A stretch of DNA of 64,000 nucleotides from an uncultured Chloroflexia bacterium (lineage in GTDB: Bacteria; Chloroflexota; Limnocylindria; QHBO01), in NCBI GenBank assembly GCA_963812115.1, contig CAWEUD010000041.1, positions 1,895-65,894 of the forward strand. The letters run 5' to 3'. This document shows positions 1 to 8,462 of the stretch, piece after piece. Each line of letters starts with the position of its first letter. Within the stretch, counting starts at the first letter, position 1. The translations under genes were made by a program, and so were the position numbers. Below the pieces are notes generated by a model. That model saw nothing but the letters and a program-made list of their open reading frames with translations, searched no databases and was not told where the DNA came from.

Positions 1-458
1 TCGCCGGGTTCGTGACCTACCTGGTGCTGCCGGTCGCGCCGCCGTGGTGGGCCGCGCAGCTGGGCTACCTCGACGGGCCGAACGGAGCTCCAGTAATCCA
101 CTACCTCAAGCCGGCCGCCTTCGACGTCATCGCCCAGGCCCTCGGCTACCCGGAGGGACACATGCTCAGCTCGTACGTCTTCTACGGCGTCAACCCGAAC
201 GGCGTGGCAGCCTTCCCGTCGCTGCATGCCGGCTACCCGTTCCTCTCGTTCCTGGTGCTGCGGCGTGCCTTCGGGCGGCCCGGCTGGCTGGCCCTCGGCT
301 ACGCGATGCTGGTCTGGTGGGCGATCGTGTTCACCGGCGACCACTACCTGATCGACGTCCTCGGTGGCATCGCCTACGCCTCGGCGGCCTACTTCGCCAC
401 GCGTCTGCTGCTTCCGGCCGTGACCTCCCGGCGCTCGGCGACCGACGGAAGCGGCTGA
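1..458 (+). CDS. PAP2-superfamily integral membrane phosphatase/phosphotransferase, 5'-truncated by the window edge (paralogue 1)
   Basis: Open from base 3 in the frame of ORF 12..458. Aligns residue-for-residue with the next gene (FVTYL.LPVAPPW ... AAFPSLHA.YPFL.FLVLRRAFG ... DHY..DV.GG..YA). SLH and DHY..D are PAP2-type signatures. Hydrophobic helices throughout. Confidence 0.7.
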   Translation, partial: AGFVTYLVLPVAPPWWAAQLGYLDGPNGAPVIHYLKPAAFDVIAQALGYPEGHMLSSYVFYGVNPNGVAAFPSLHAGYPFLSFLVLRRAFGRPGWLALGYAMLVWWAIVFTGDHYLIDVLGGIAYASAAYFATRLLLPAVTSRRSATDGSG

Positions 459-494
459 GGCGGTATCCTCGGCGGAACAGCTCAGGAGCCTGTG

Positions 495-1474
495 ATGGCG
501 GACACCGCGACCGAGCACGCGGGACCCACCGTAGGCGAGCGCCGCGGACCGAACGGCGAGCTCTCGTCCTGGTCCGATGCGCTGCTCGCGGGCGTGGCGA
601 TCGGCTATGCCGCCCTCATCGGCTTCCTGACGTTCACTCGCGGGATCGACTTGACGCCCGATGTCCTGCTGGTGGCGCTGGGCTTCGGCCTGGTGATCGT
701 GGCCCGCAGCAGGCTGAACCTGCTGCGGGAGTGGACCCCGTTCCTGGTCCTCTTCCTCGCCTATGAGCTGATGCGGGGCCTGGCCGATGACGTTGGGTTC
801 CACGTTCACGTCAACGACGTCGTCGCGGTCGAGCGATGGGTCTTCGGCGGCCACCTGCCGACCGCCGTCCTGCAGGGATGGCTGCACCCCGCCTCCGGCG
901 TCGGATTGGCTGGCGGTGGCGGGAACCGTCGTCTACATGCTCCACTTCATGCTTCCGATCGCGACCGCGCTGCTGCTCTGGCGCTACCGGCCCGAGCTCT
1001 TCCACCCGTACCTGGTGTCGCTGATCCTGCTGAGCTTTGCGGGCTTCGTGACCTACCTCTTCCTGCCGGTTGCACCACCGTGGTTCGCGGCGGAGGCCGG
1101 CAAGATCGGCAGCGCACCGGGAGAAGCAGCGATCACCTACCTGAAGCCAGCCGCCTTCGCCGACCTGGTCGGCTTCTTCGGGCTGGACGGGGGCCGCCTC
1201 TACAACGTGGCCTTCACCAGCCTCAACGCGAACCCGGTGGCGGCCTTTCCTTCGTTGCACGCGGCCTACCCGTTCCTCACCTTCCTGGTGCTGCGCCGGG
1301 CATTCGGAGGCATCGCCTGGGCGGCCTTCGCCTACTTCACGTTCGTTGCGCTTCACCGTCGTCTATACCGCTGATCACTACGTCGTCGACGTGGTGGGAG
1401 GCGTGGTCTACGCGTCGGCCGCGTACGGCCTGATGTGGTGGCTGGCGCGGCGGCGGATGCGCGGAGGCGACTGA
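495..1474 (+). pseudogene. PAP2-superfamily paralogue 2, reading frame broken twice (near 900 and near 1351)
   Basis: N-terminal part is in ORF 492..1433 up to about 900. The middle (DWLAVAGTVVYMLHF...AAFPSLHAAYPFLTFLVLRRAFG) is in ORF 787..1374. The C-terminus FTVVYTADHYVVDVVGGVVYASAAYGLMWWLARRRMRGGD* is in a third frame ending TGA 1472-1474. Frame order 0>1>2 implies two single-base insertions. AGGAG lies 6 nt upstream of ATG 495. Confidence 0.65.
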
Positions 1475-1573
1475 ACGCTCCAGCGGCACCCGCACGAACC
1501 GGTCGGCGCGGCACCAATCGGGTACCGACGGCGTCTAGTGCGCGTAGTGATCTCCGCAGGGAGGGCCCAGCCC

Positions 1574-2496
1574 ATGACTCGCCGCACCGATCCAGCCACC
1601 CACCTCACCCGCCGCCTACTCCCGGCACTGGCGCCGATGGTCGTCATCGCCCTCGTCCTCGCCGCCTGCGCCGGCGGTGGGGCAGACGTGGGAGAGGCGG
1701 CACCGCAGGCGTCCCAGGCGGCCGCCCGCGGTCCGGTCACCGACGAGGCCGGCAGGGGCACCGACACCGCAGCCACCGGCGAGCACCCCGGGACGTCCTA
1801 CGCGAACCTCGCAGACCGCCAGATCGTGAAGACCGGTGAGATCAGCGTCGAGGTGAGCGCCGTCTCCACCGCAGTGGGCGCCGTGCGTGCCATGGCTCTC
1901 GAGCTGGGCGGATACGTCGGCGGCTCCAGCTCGGGCGGGCCGGACCAGGCGGCCAGCATGACGCTGCGCATCCCAGCCGCGCAGTTCGATGCGGCGATCA
2001 GCCGTCTCCACGAGATGGACGGCAAGGTCCTGGTGGAGGCGACTCGCGAGCAGGATGTCACCGGCCAGATCGTCGACCTCGACGCGCGCATCCGGAACCT
2101 GCAGGCATCCGAGGCGCAGTATCGCGCGCTGCTCCAGCAGGCGACCAGGATCGAGGACATCCTCACCGTCCAGGGCCGCCTCGATGACGTTCGCGGCCAG
2201 ATCGAGCAGCTCCAGGCCCAGCTGGACCAGCTCGGCAACCTCGCGGCGCTCGCGACGCTGACCGTGACGCTGGTGCCAGCCGAGGCGCCGATCGAGTCGA
2301 CGGCCGAGGGCTGGGATGCCGGTGCGATCCTGGAGAGCGCGCTGGCCGCGCTGGTCGGAATCGGGCAGGGGCTCGCCGCGGCGGCGATCTGGCTGCTGAT
2401 CCTCGGCCTGCCGCTCGCCCTGCTACCGGCGTCGTCGTGCTGGCCGGATTGCGGCTCGCGCCAGCCCTCAAGCGGCGCAGGGCGGCGATCGAATAA
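1574..2496 (+). CDS. DUF4349-like lipoprotein, with a probable 1-nt deletion near 2420-2430
   Basis: GGGAGGG lies 9 nt before ATG 1574. Lipobox-like signal LLPALAPMVVIALVLAAC. Coiled-coil core (DLDARIRNLQASEAQYRALL..QLQAQLDQLGNL). The terminal TM helix continues sensibly only after a frame change (..LGLPLALL / ATGVVVLAGLRLAPALKRRRAAIE*, TAA 2494-2496). The uninterrupted 739-aa ORF otherwise runs antisense through bioY. Confidence 0.55.
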
Positions 2497-2533
2497 CGAC
2501 CCGGCAGGGTGCGCCGTCGCGGCCGCGACGCGG

Positions 2534-3157
2534 TCAGGATCGCCGCGCGATGGTCCGCCAGGCCAGCGGAAGCAGGCCCGCCGCGACGGCGACCTTGAAG
2601 GCGTCCCAGGGCAGGAAGACGATCGCGCCGTTCCAGGTGGCGTTTGCCAGCGTCATGCCCGTGACCGCGGCGAGGATGGGAACGCCCACCAGGTAGATCG
2701 TGACGTTCCCCACCACCATCAGGCCCGCCGCGGTGCGGGCCGAGCGGTCCCAGCCGCGCTGCGCGAGGATTCCCACGACCGTCGCCGCCAGGATGAACCC
2801 GAGCAGGTACCCGCCGGTGTAGCCGACGAGCTGATCCAGGCCGTGGGCGCCAGCGGAGAAGACCGGTGCACCGGCCACGCCGGCCAGCACGTAGAGGGCC
2901 ATGCTCGCTGCCCCGATGCGCCAGCCGAGGGCGGTTCCGACCAGCAGGACTGCGGCGGTCTGCCCGGTGTAGGGAACCGGCGACCAGGGCAGCTTCACCG
3001 AGAGCTGAGCGGCAACCGCGGTGAGGAGCGCACCGCCCGCCACCAGCGCGAGCGTCCGCAGCAGCGCCCGACCGCCATCGGCCCCGAGGGCGGGGACCAC
3101 GGCGTCGGCCAGCGTGGCCGTGCGGGTGGGGGAGATCGGGCGCGCGTAGGCGGACAT
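2534..3157 (-). CDS. bioY: Biotin transporter BioY (ECF S-component)
   Basis: 207-aa polytopic membrane protein with a typical BioY sequence (PVPYTGQTAAVLLVG..GGYLLGFILAA..VGNVTIYLVGVP). Confidence 0.8.
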   Translation of the reverse strand: MSAYARPISPTRTATLADAVVPALGADGGRALLRTLALVAGGALLTAVAAQLSVKLPWSPVPYTGQTAAVLLVGTALGWRIGAASMALYVLAGVAGAPVFSAGAHGLDQLVGYTGGYLLGFILAATVVGILAQRGWDRSARTAAGLMVVGNVTIYLVGVPILAAVTGMTLANATWNGAIVFLPWDAFKVAVAAGLLPLAWRTIARRS

Positions 3158-3231
3158 TTCGGCTCCTTCGTGCCTGCACTCTTGCGGCGAATGCTACCGC
3201 CTGCCGGAGCCGCCCGCGGGGTCGGATGGGG

Positions 3232-3237
3232 TAGACT
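3232..3237 (+). promoter_or_regulatory. Candidate -10 box TAGACT upstream of carA
   Basis: TAGACT lies 47 nt upstream of the carA ATG. The same hexamer recurs upstream of xthA, rpsU and apt in this window. Confidence 0.35.
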
Positions 3238-3284
3238 GCGACGGTCCTTTAACGCCGGCCCCGTGAGCCCGGCAAGGAGCGAAG

Positions 3285-4454
3285 ATGAAGACACTATCCG
3301 GTCCCACCCCATCGATGACCTCCGCCGCAGCGCGGTCGGCGTCGTCCTCGTCTCCCGGGCTCCTGGCCCTGGAGGGGGGCGCCGTCTACCGGGGGCGGCT
3401 GCGAGCGGCCCATCGCCCGGCCGAGGGCGATCTGATCTTCACCACCGCCGCCACCGGCTGGGGCGAGATCGTCACCGACCCGTCGTATGCCGGCCAGATC
3501 GCGGTGCTGACGCATCCGATGGCGGGCAACTACCGCATCGACCGTTCAGAGCTCGAGTCGGCGGCCGTTCACGTCCGCGCCCTGATCGTGACCCGCCTGG
3601 TAACCCCGCCGCCTGGTCGCGGGATCTCGCTCGAGGAGCTGCTGGCCGAGGCGGATGTTCCTGTACTCGAGGGGATCGACACGCGAGCGCTCACCCTCGA
3701 GCTCCGCCACGGCGCCGCACGGCGCGCCGTCGTGGTGCCGGCCGGCGTCGACGCTGACGCCAACCTCGAGGCCGATGCCGTCGCTGCCGCCGGCACCATT
3801 CGCTCGTGGGAGAGCGTCGACCATGTCGCTGCGGTCGCGACCCGGAGCCGCTACGAGATCCCCCCGTCGCGCGAGCTGCGTGGGCGCGCCGTGCTGGTGG
3901 ACTACGGGGTGAAGCGCTCGCTGCTGCGGGCGCTCGGCGAGCGCGGCCTGGCCATCACCGTCCTGCCACCCGACGCCACTGCGCGCGACGTCTGCTCGGA
4001 AGCACCGGATCTCGTCGTCCTATCTCCCGGCCCCGGCGACCCGTCACGCATGTCGGCGCAGATCCCGGTCGTCAGGGAGCTGGCGGCCACCGCCGTCACG
4101 GGTGGCGCCCCCGTCCTGGGGATCTGCCTGGGGCACCAGCTCCTGGCACTCGCCACGGGTGCCGCGACTCGCCGGCTGGCCGTCGGCCACCATGGAGGCA
4201 ACCACGCCGTGCTGGATGTCGCGGCTGGGCGGGTCGACATCGGCGCGCACAACCACGAGGTGGAGGTTTGCGACGATCCGGCTCTGGCCGCCGCCGGGTA
4301 CCGGGTGAGCCACCGTGATCTCAACGACGGGACCGTCGAGGGGCTGGTGCACGCCAGCGGCCGCATCGTTTCGGTGCAGTTCCATCCGGAGGGCGCCCCC
4401 GGGCCGATCGATGGCGCACGGGTGCTCGACATGGCGCTGGGATCAGGAGCGTGA
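3285..4454 (+). CDS. carA: Carbamoyl-phosphate synthase small (glutaminase) subunit
   Basis: AAGGAG RBS. GATase triad context GICLGHQLL and VSVQFHPE. HHGGNHAV motif. Stop overlaps the carB GTG. Confidence 0.93.
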   Translation: MKTLSGPTPSMTSAAARSASSSSPGLLALEGGAVYRGRLRAAHRPAEGDLIFTTAATGWGEIVTDPSYAGQIAVLTHPMAGNYRIDRSELESAAVHVRALIVTRLVTPPPGRGISLEELLAEADVPVLEGIDTRALTLELRHGAARRAVVVPAGVDADANLEADAVAAAGTIRSWESVDHVAAVATRSRYEIPPSRELRGRAVLVDYGVKRSLLRALGERGLAITVLPPDATARDVCSEAPDLVVLSPGPGDPSRMSAQIPVVRELAATAVTGGAPVLGICLGHQLLALATGAATRRLAVGHHGGNHAVLDVAAGRVDIGAHNHEVEVCDDPALAAAGYRVSHRDLNDGTVEGLVHASGRIVSVQFHPEGAPGPIDGARVLDMALGSGA

Positions 4455-7244
4455 CCCCTCCCCGCTCGGTGCTGGTGATCGGCTCGGGACCGATCATGAT
4501 CGGCCAGGCGGCCGAGTTCGACTACGCGGGGGTGCAGGCCTGTCTCGCGCTCCGGGGGGAGGGAGTCGAGACGATCCTGGTGAATTCGAACCCGGCCACC
4601 GTCATGACCGACCCCGATGTTGGCGGAACGGTGCTTATCGGACCCTTATCGCTCGCTTACCTGGAGCGCGTGATCGCCGAACATCGGCCGGAGGCGGTCC
4701 TGCCGACCCTGGGTGGGCAGACCGGGCTCAATCTCGCGGTCGCGCTGGATGACGCAGGCGTGCTGGATCGCTACGGCGTGCGGGTCCTGGGGACGCCGCT
4801 GAACGCCGTCCGCGCGGCGGAGGACCGCGGCGGGTTCCGCAGCCTGGTGACCGGCATCGGCGAACCGGTGCCCGAGTCCGCCGTCGTCGAGAAGCTGGAC
4901 GATGGCCTGGCGTTCATGCGCCACCTCGACGCGCCGGTCGTCGTGCGCCCTGCCTTCACGTTGGGGGGCGGAGGTGGTGGGTTTGCGTCGACGATGGCAC
5001 GAGGCGCGCGAGCGGATCGCTGCCGGCCTCGCGGCCAGCCCCATCGGGCAGGTCCTGGTCGAGCGCAGCCTGCTCGGCTGGTACGAGATCGAGTTCGAGG
5101 TCATCCGCGACGGCGCCGATACCGCGATCGCCATCTGCGGCATGGAGAACATGGACCCGATGGGCGTGCACACCGGGGACTCGATCGTGGTGGCGCCCAT
5201 CCAGACCCTGCCCGACCCGCTCGTCCAGCGGCTGCGGCGCTGCGCGCTGAAGATCGTGCGCGCGCTCGAGCTCGAGGGCGGCTGCAACGTGCAGCTGGCG
5301 GTGTCGCGCGATGGTGCGGACTACCGCGTGATCGAGGTCAATCCCCGCGTCAGCCGCTCGTCGGCCCTGGCAAGCAAGGCGACCGGCTACCCGATCGCGC
5401 GGGTGGCGGCCCTTGTCGCGCTGGGAAAGCGGCTCCACGAGCTGCCGAACCCCGCGACCGGTGGCAACTCCGCCGCTTTCGAGCCTGCCGTCGACTACGT
5501 GGTGGTGAAGCTCCCGCGCTGGCCGTTCGACAAGTTCCCGGCAGCGGATCGCAGCCTCGGCATCCAGATGAAGGCCACCGGGGAGGCGATGGCCATCGAT
5601 CGCGAATTCGGTCCAGCGCTGCTCAAGGCGATCCGCTCGCTCGAGCCGCGCGGCCGCGGTTGGCTCTGGGAAGACGCCTCGTGGGGCCTGGCCGATGGGC
5701 CTCCCGGCGACGTGGAGGCGTTCCTGGCGCCGACCGACACCCGGCTCTGGCGCCTGGTCGCTCTCCTTCGGCACGGCTACGCCGATGCGGAGCGGCTGAC
5801 GGCCGCCACCGGCATCGCGCCCTGGTTCACCGAGCGCCTCGCGGAGCTCATCGATGCCGAGCGGGAGGTGGTGGGTGCGCCGCTGCGTACCGCGAAGCGA
5901 TCCGGCTTCGGCGATGCCGACATCGCGACACTGTCGGGCGTACCCGACGTCGCGGTCAGGCGCGCAAGGGTCCGGTCGAGCATCTTCCCCGCCTACCGCC
6001 GGGTGGACACCTGCGCCGGCGAGTTCCCCGCCGAGACCCCGTACTTCTATTCGTCCTACGCGCAGGCCGAGGTTCCGCCGCCCGCCGACCGAAGGAGCGT
6101 GATCGTGGTCGGCTCGGGGCCGATCCGCATCGGTCAGGGAATCGAGTTCGACTACTGCTCGGTGCGCGCCGCGTGGGCGATCCGGGACATGGGCCTGGAC
6201 GCGGTCGTCATCAACAACAATCCCGAGACGGTCTCCACCGATTACGACGCGTGCAGCCGCCTCTACTTCGAGCCGCTCGACACCGAGAGCGTGCTTGACG
6301 TCATCGACCACGAGCGCGCGCTGACCGGCGAGCCGCCGCACGTGGTGCTCACCTTCGGCGGCCAGACGGCCATCGATCTGGCCAAGGACCTCGCCTACGC
6401 CGATGTCCCGATCGCTGGCTTGACCGCGGAGGCGATCGAGACGACGGAGGATCGCGAGCGCTTCGCCCGGCTGCTCGAGGAGCTGGGACTGGAGGGTCCG
6501 CGTGGGAGCCTGGCCGAAGACGAGGTCGCGCTGCGCGACGCCATCAAGCAGCTGGGCCTGCCGGTGATCGTGCGGCCGTCGTGGGTGATCGGCGGGCGGG
6601 GCATCGCCGTCCTGCGCAACCGGGCAGACGTCGCCGCACTGCTGACCACGGACATCGGGTGGCCGCTGCGCGTCGACGAGCTGGTCGAGGGCGTCGAGCT
6701 GGACATCGACGCCATCTGTGACGGGCACCAGTGGTGCGTCCCCGGCATCCTGGAGCAGCTCGATCCGCCGGGCATTCACTCCGGAGACTCGGTCGCGGTG
6801 GTCCCGCCGCAGAGCCTGCCGCGTGCCGCCCAGGAGCGGGCTGCGGCTGCGGCGGGGCGCATCGCGCTGGCATTGGGCCTGCGCGGCATCCTCAACGTGC
6901 AGGCGATCGTGGCGGGCGACCGTGTGGTGGTCATCGAGGCCAATCCGCGGGCCAGCCGGACCGTGCCGATGGTTGCCAAGGCGACCGGGCGCGACGTGGT
7001 GGCCGATGCGGTGCGCTGCGCGCTCGGCGCGTCGCTGGCGGAGGTCGGCCTGGCGGCGGGGCTCGCCCCGGACGCGCCGCTGGTCGCCGTCAAGGCGCCT
7101 GTCGGATCCCTCTGGCGCCTGCCAGGGGTCGACGCCGCGCTCGGCCCCGAGATGCGCTCGACGGGCGAGGTCCTCGGTCTGGCGCCCGCGTACGAAGAGG
7201 CGCTGCTGGCGGCGCGCTCGGCCGCTGCGGCTCACGGCAGCTAG
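4451..7244 (+). CDS. carB: Carbamoyl-phosphate synthase large subunit, with one +1 frame disruption near 4991-5000; lacks the C-terminal MGS-like allosteric domain
   Basis: N-terminus is in ORF 4451..6298 (VLVIGSGPIMIGQAAEFDYAG..RPAFTLGGGGGG). The rest is in ORF 4902..7244 (LLGWYEIEFEVIRD ... second ATP-grasp IVVGSGPIRIGQGIEFDYC ... GPEMRSTGEVLG). The joint has 49 nt where 48 are expected relative to E. coli/B. subtilis CarB. The protein ends about 25 aa after GPEMRSTGEV. Confidence 0.92.
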
Positions 7245-7567
7245 GAAGCGCCGCACCGGCCCTGCCCGCTTAGCGGTCAGCGGCGGCAGGCCGCAAATCG
7301 ATCAGATGAGCGCCAGCCGGACACAACGATGGAGGCCGACGCGCGTCCGGTACGGAGGGTCCCAGACACGCATCGACCTCCAAGTAGGGGCAAATCGAAG
7401 GCTTCCGACCGACGGGTCCGAACCATTGATGTCGCCGCCGGCCCGAGCTTCCATTGGCGACGGCCGATCCCGTGGGTGCCGGTCGTAGTGATCTTCGATT
7501 GCCGTACCGGCCACATACGCAAGGGTCGTGCCAGCTCTCCGGCGGCGGTCCCACATGAGGGTATGGA

Positions 7568-8344
7568 TCAGCGTCGGCGACGGTCCCGTGATGCGGCCGA
7601 CGCCGACGTGACGGCACTGCGACGGCGGAGGTACCCGCCGTACCATCCGGCGAAGCCTCCGAGGCCGCCCTGGAAGATCAGCTCCGTCACCAGGGCAGCC
7701 GCCACGCTGCCTGCGGTCGCCGGCGCGGGCTCGCCTGATGGCGACGGCGTCGCGGCTGCGGTCTCGGTTGGGATCAGCGACGGGCTGGCGACGGCCGACG
7801 CAGAGGCGGACTGCGCAAGCGGCGTCGGGCTGGCCGCGCCGGTGATGCTCGGGACGGTGGCCGAGAGCCCGACGAATGCTCCGATCAGGACGAGCCACCC
7901 GACCACGCCCGCTGCGAGGCCGAAGAGCCACGGTCGTTGCCATCCCAGCCACCCGGCGCCGATGAGGCCGGCGAACGAGACGAACAGGGCAACGATGCCC
8001 ACGATGGAGTCGCTGCGGAAGAGCTGGCCCGCCGCCCAGAGCAATCCCCCGAGGATCCAGGGCAGAGGATTGCGGGAGAGCAGGTAGAGGCTACCGACCA
8101 CGCCGCGCAGAGGGCCGGCATAGGCGAAGCCCTGCATGGGGTCGCCCTTGCCGGGCAGCGGTGGCGCCGGCGGGAAGAGTCGGTTGAGGAATGATCCGCC
8201 GGTACCGGCGGCGGACGAGGAGGCGCCGCTCGCTTCCTCCTCGTTCTGCAGGTCGAACTCGCCCTCGTCGCCGCGCGCAGCGCGCCGCGCGCGGCGACGT
8301 GCTTCTGCGCGTTCCTCTGCGGTGCGTCGGCTTCGGTTCGACAT
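7568..8344 (-). CDS. Hypothetical membrane protein (charged N-terminus, 3-4 TM helices, Ala/Ser/Pro-rich segment)
   Basis: 258-aa ORF with protein-like composition. Arg/Glu-rich N-terminus, hydrophobic helices (WILGGLLWAAG, IVGIVALFVSFAGLIGAGWLG, LFGLAAGVVGWLVLIGAFVG). I recognise no family. Confidence 0.5.
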   Translation of the reverse strand: MSNRSRRTAEERAEARRRARRAARGDEGEFDLQNEEEASGASSSAAGTGGSFLNRLFPPAPPLPGKGDPMQGFAYAGPLRGVVGSLYLLSRNPLPWILGGLLWAAGQLFRSDSIVGIVALFVSFAGLIGAGWLGWQRPWLFGLAAGVVGWLVLIGAFVGLSATVPSITGAASPTPLAQSASASAVASPSLIPTETAAATPSPSGEPAPATAGSVAAALVTELIFQGGLGGFAGWYGGYLRRRSAVTSASAASRDRRRR

Positions 8345-8462
8345 GGCCCGCGGATTGTACGCGAGGATGCCGGAGTAATCGGTCGGTAACCGGGCGGTAA
8401 GCGACGGCTCGCATGCTGGGCGACCTGCTCTCGCCGTGCGCGCCTCCCCAGGGAGGTGCTCC

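Noticed and set aside
3158-3284. PyrR attenuator or BirA operator in the bioY-carA divergent region
   Set aside because: No PyrR binding-loop-like sequence and no TGT-rich BirA-type inverted repeat. Only a short GC hairpin (gccgg...ccggc) and a TAGACT box are visible.
1538-3757. 739-aa ORF that would extend the DUF4349 lipoprotein through bioY and into carA
   Set aside because: Beyond about 2425 the translation becomes Arg/Gly/Pro-rich nonsense antisense to bioY. A one-base frame correction gives a normal TM helix and a stop at 2494-2496.
4956-7256. Very long antisense ORFs: 4956..7256- (766 aa), 13433..14896-, 41248..43476-, 45201..47759- (852 aa), 52626..55154- (842 aa), 59607..61718-, 47657..49630-
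   Set aside because: All lie opposite strongly recognisable genes (carB, gap/pgk, ybeY and the sigma-like gene, mfd, acnA, metK). They have Arg/Pro/Gly/Ala-dominated, motif-free translations. Such ORFs are the expected by-product of stop-codon-poor, very GC-rich DNA.
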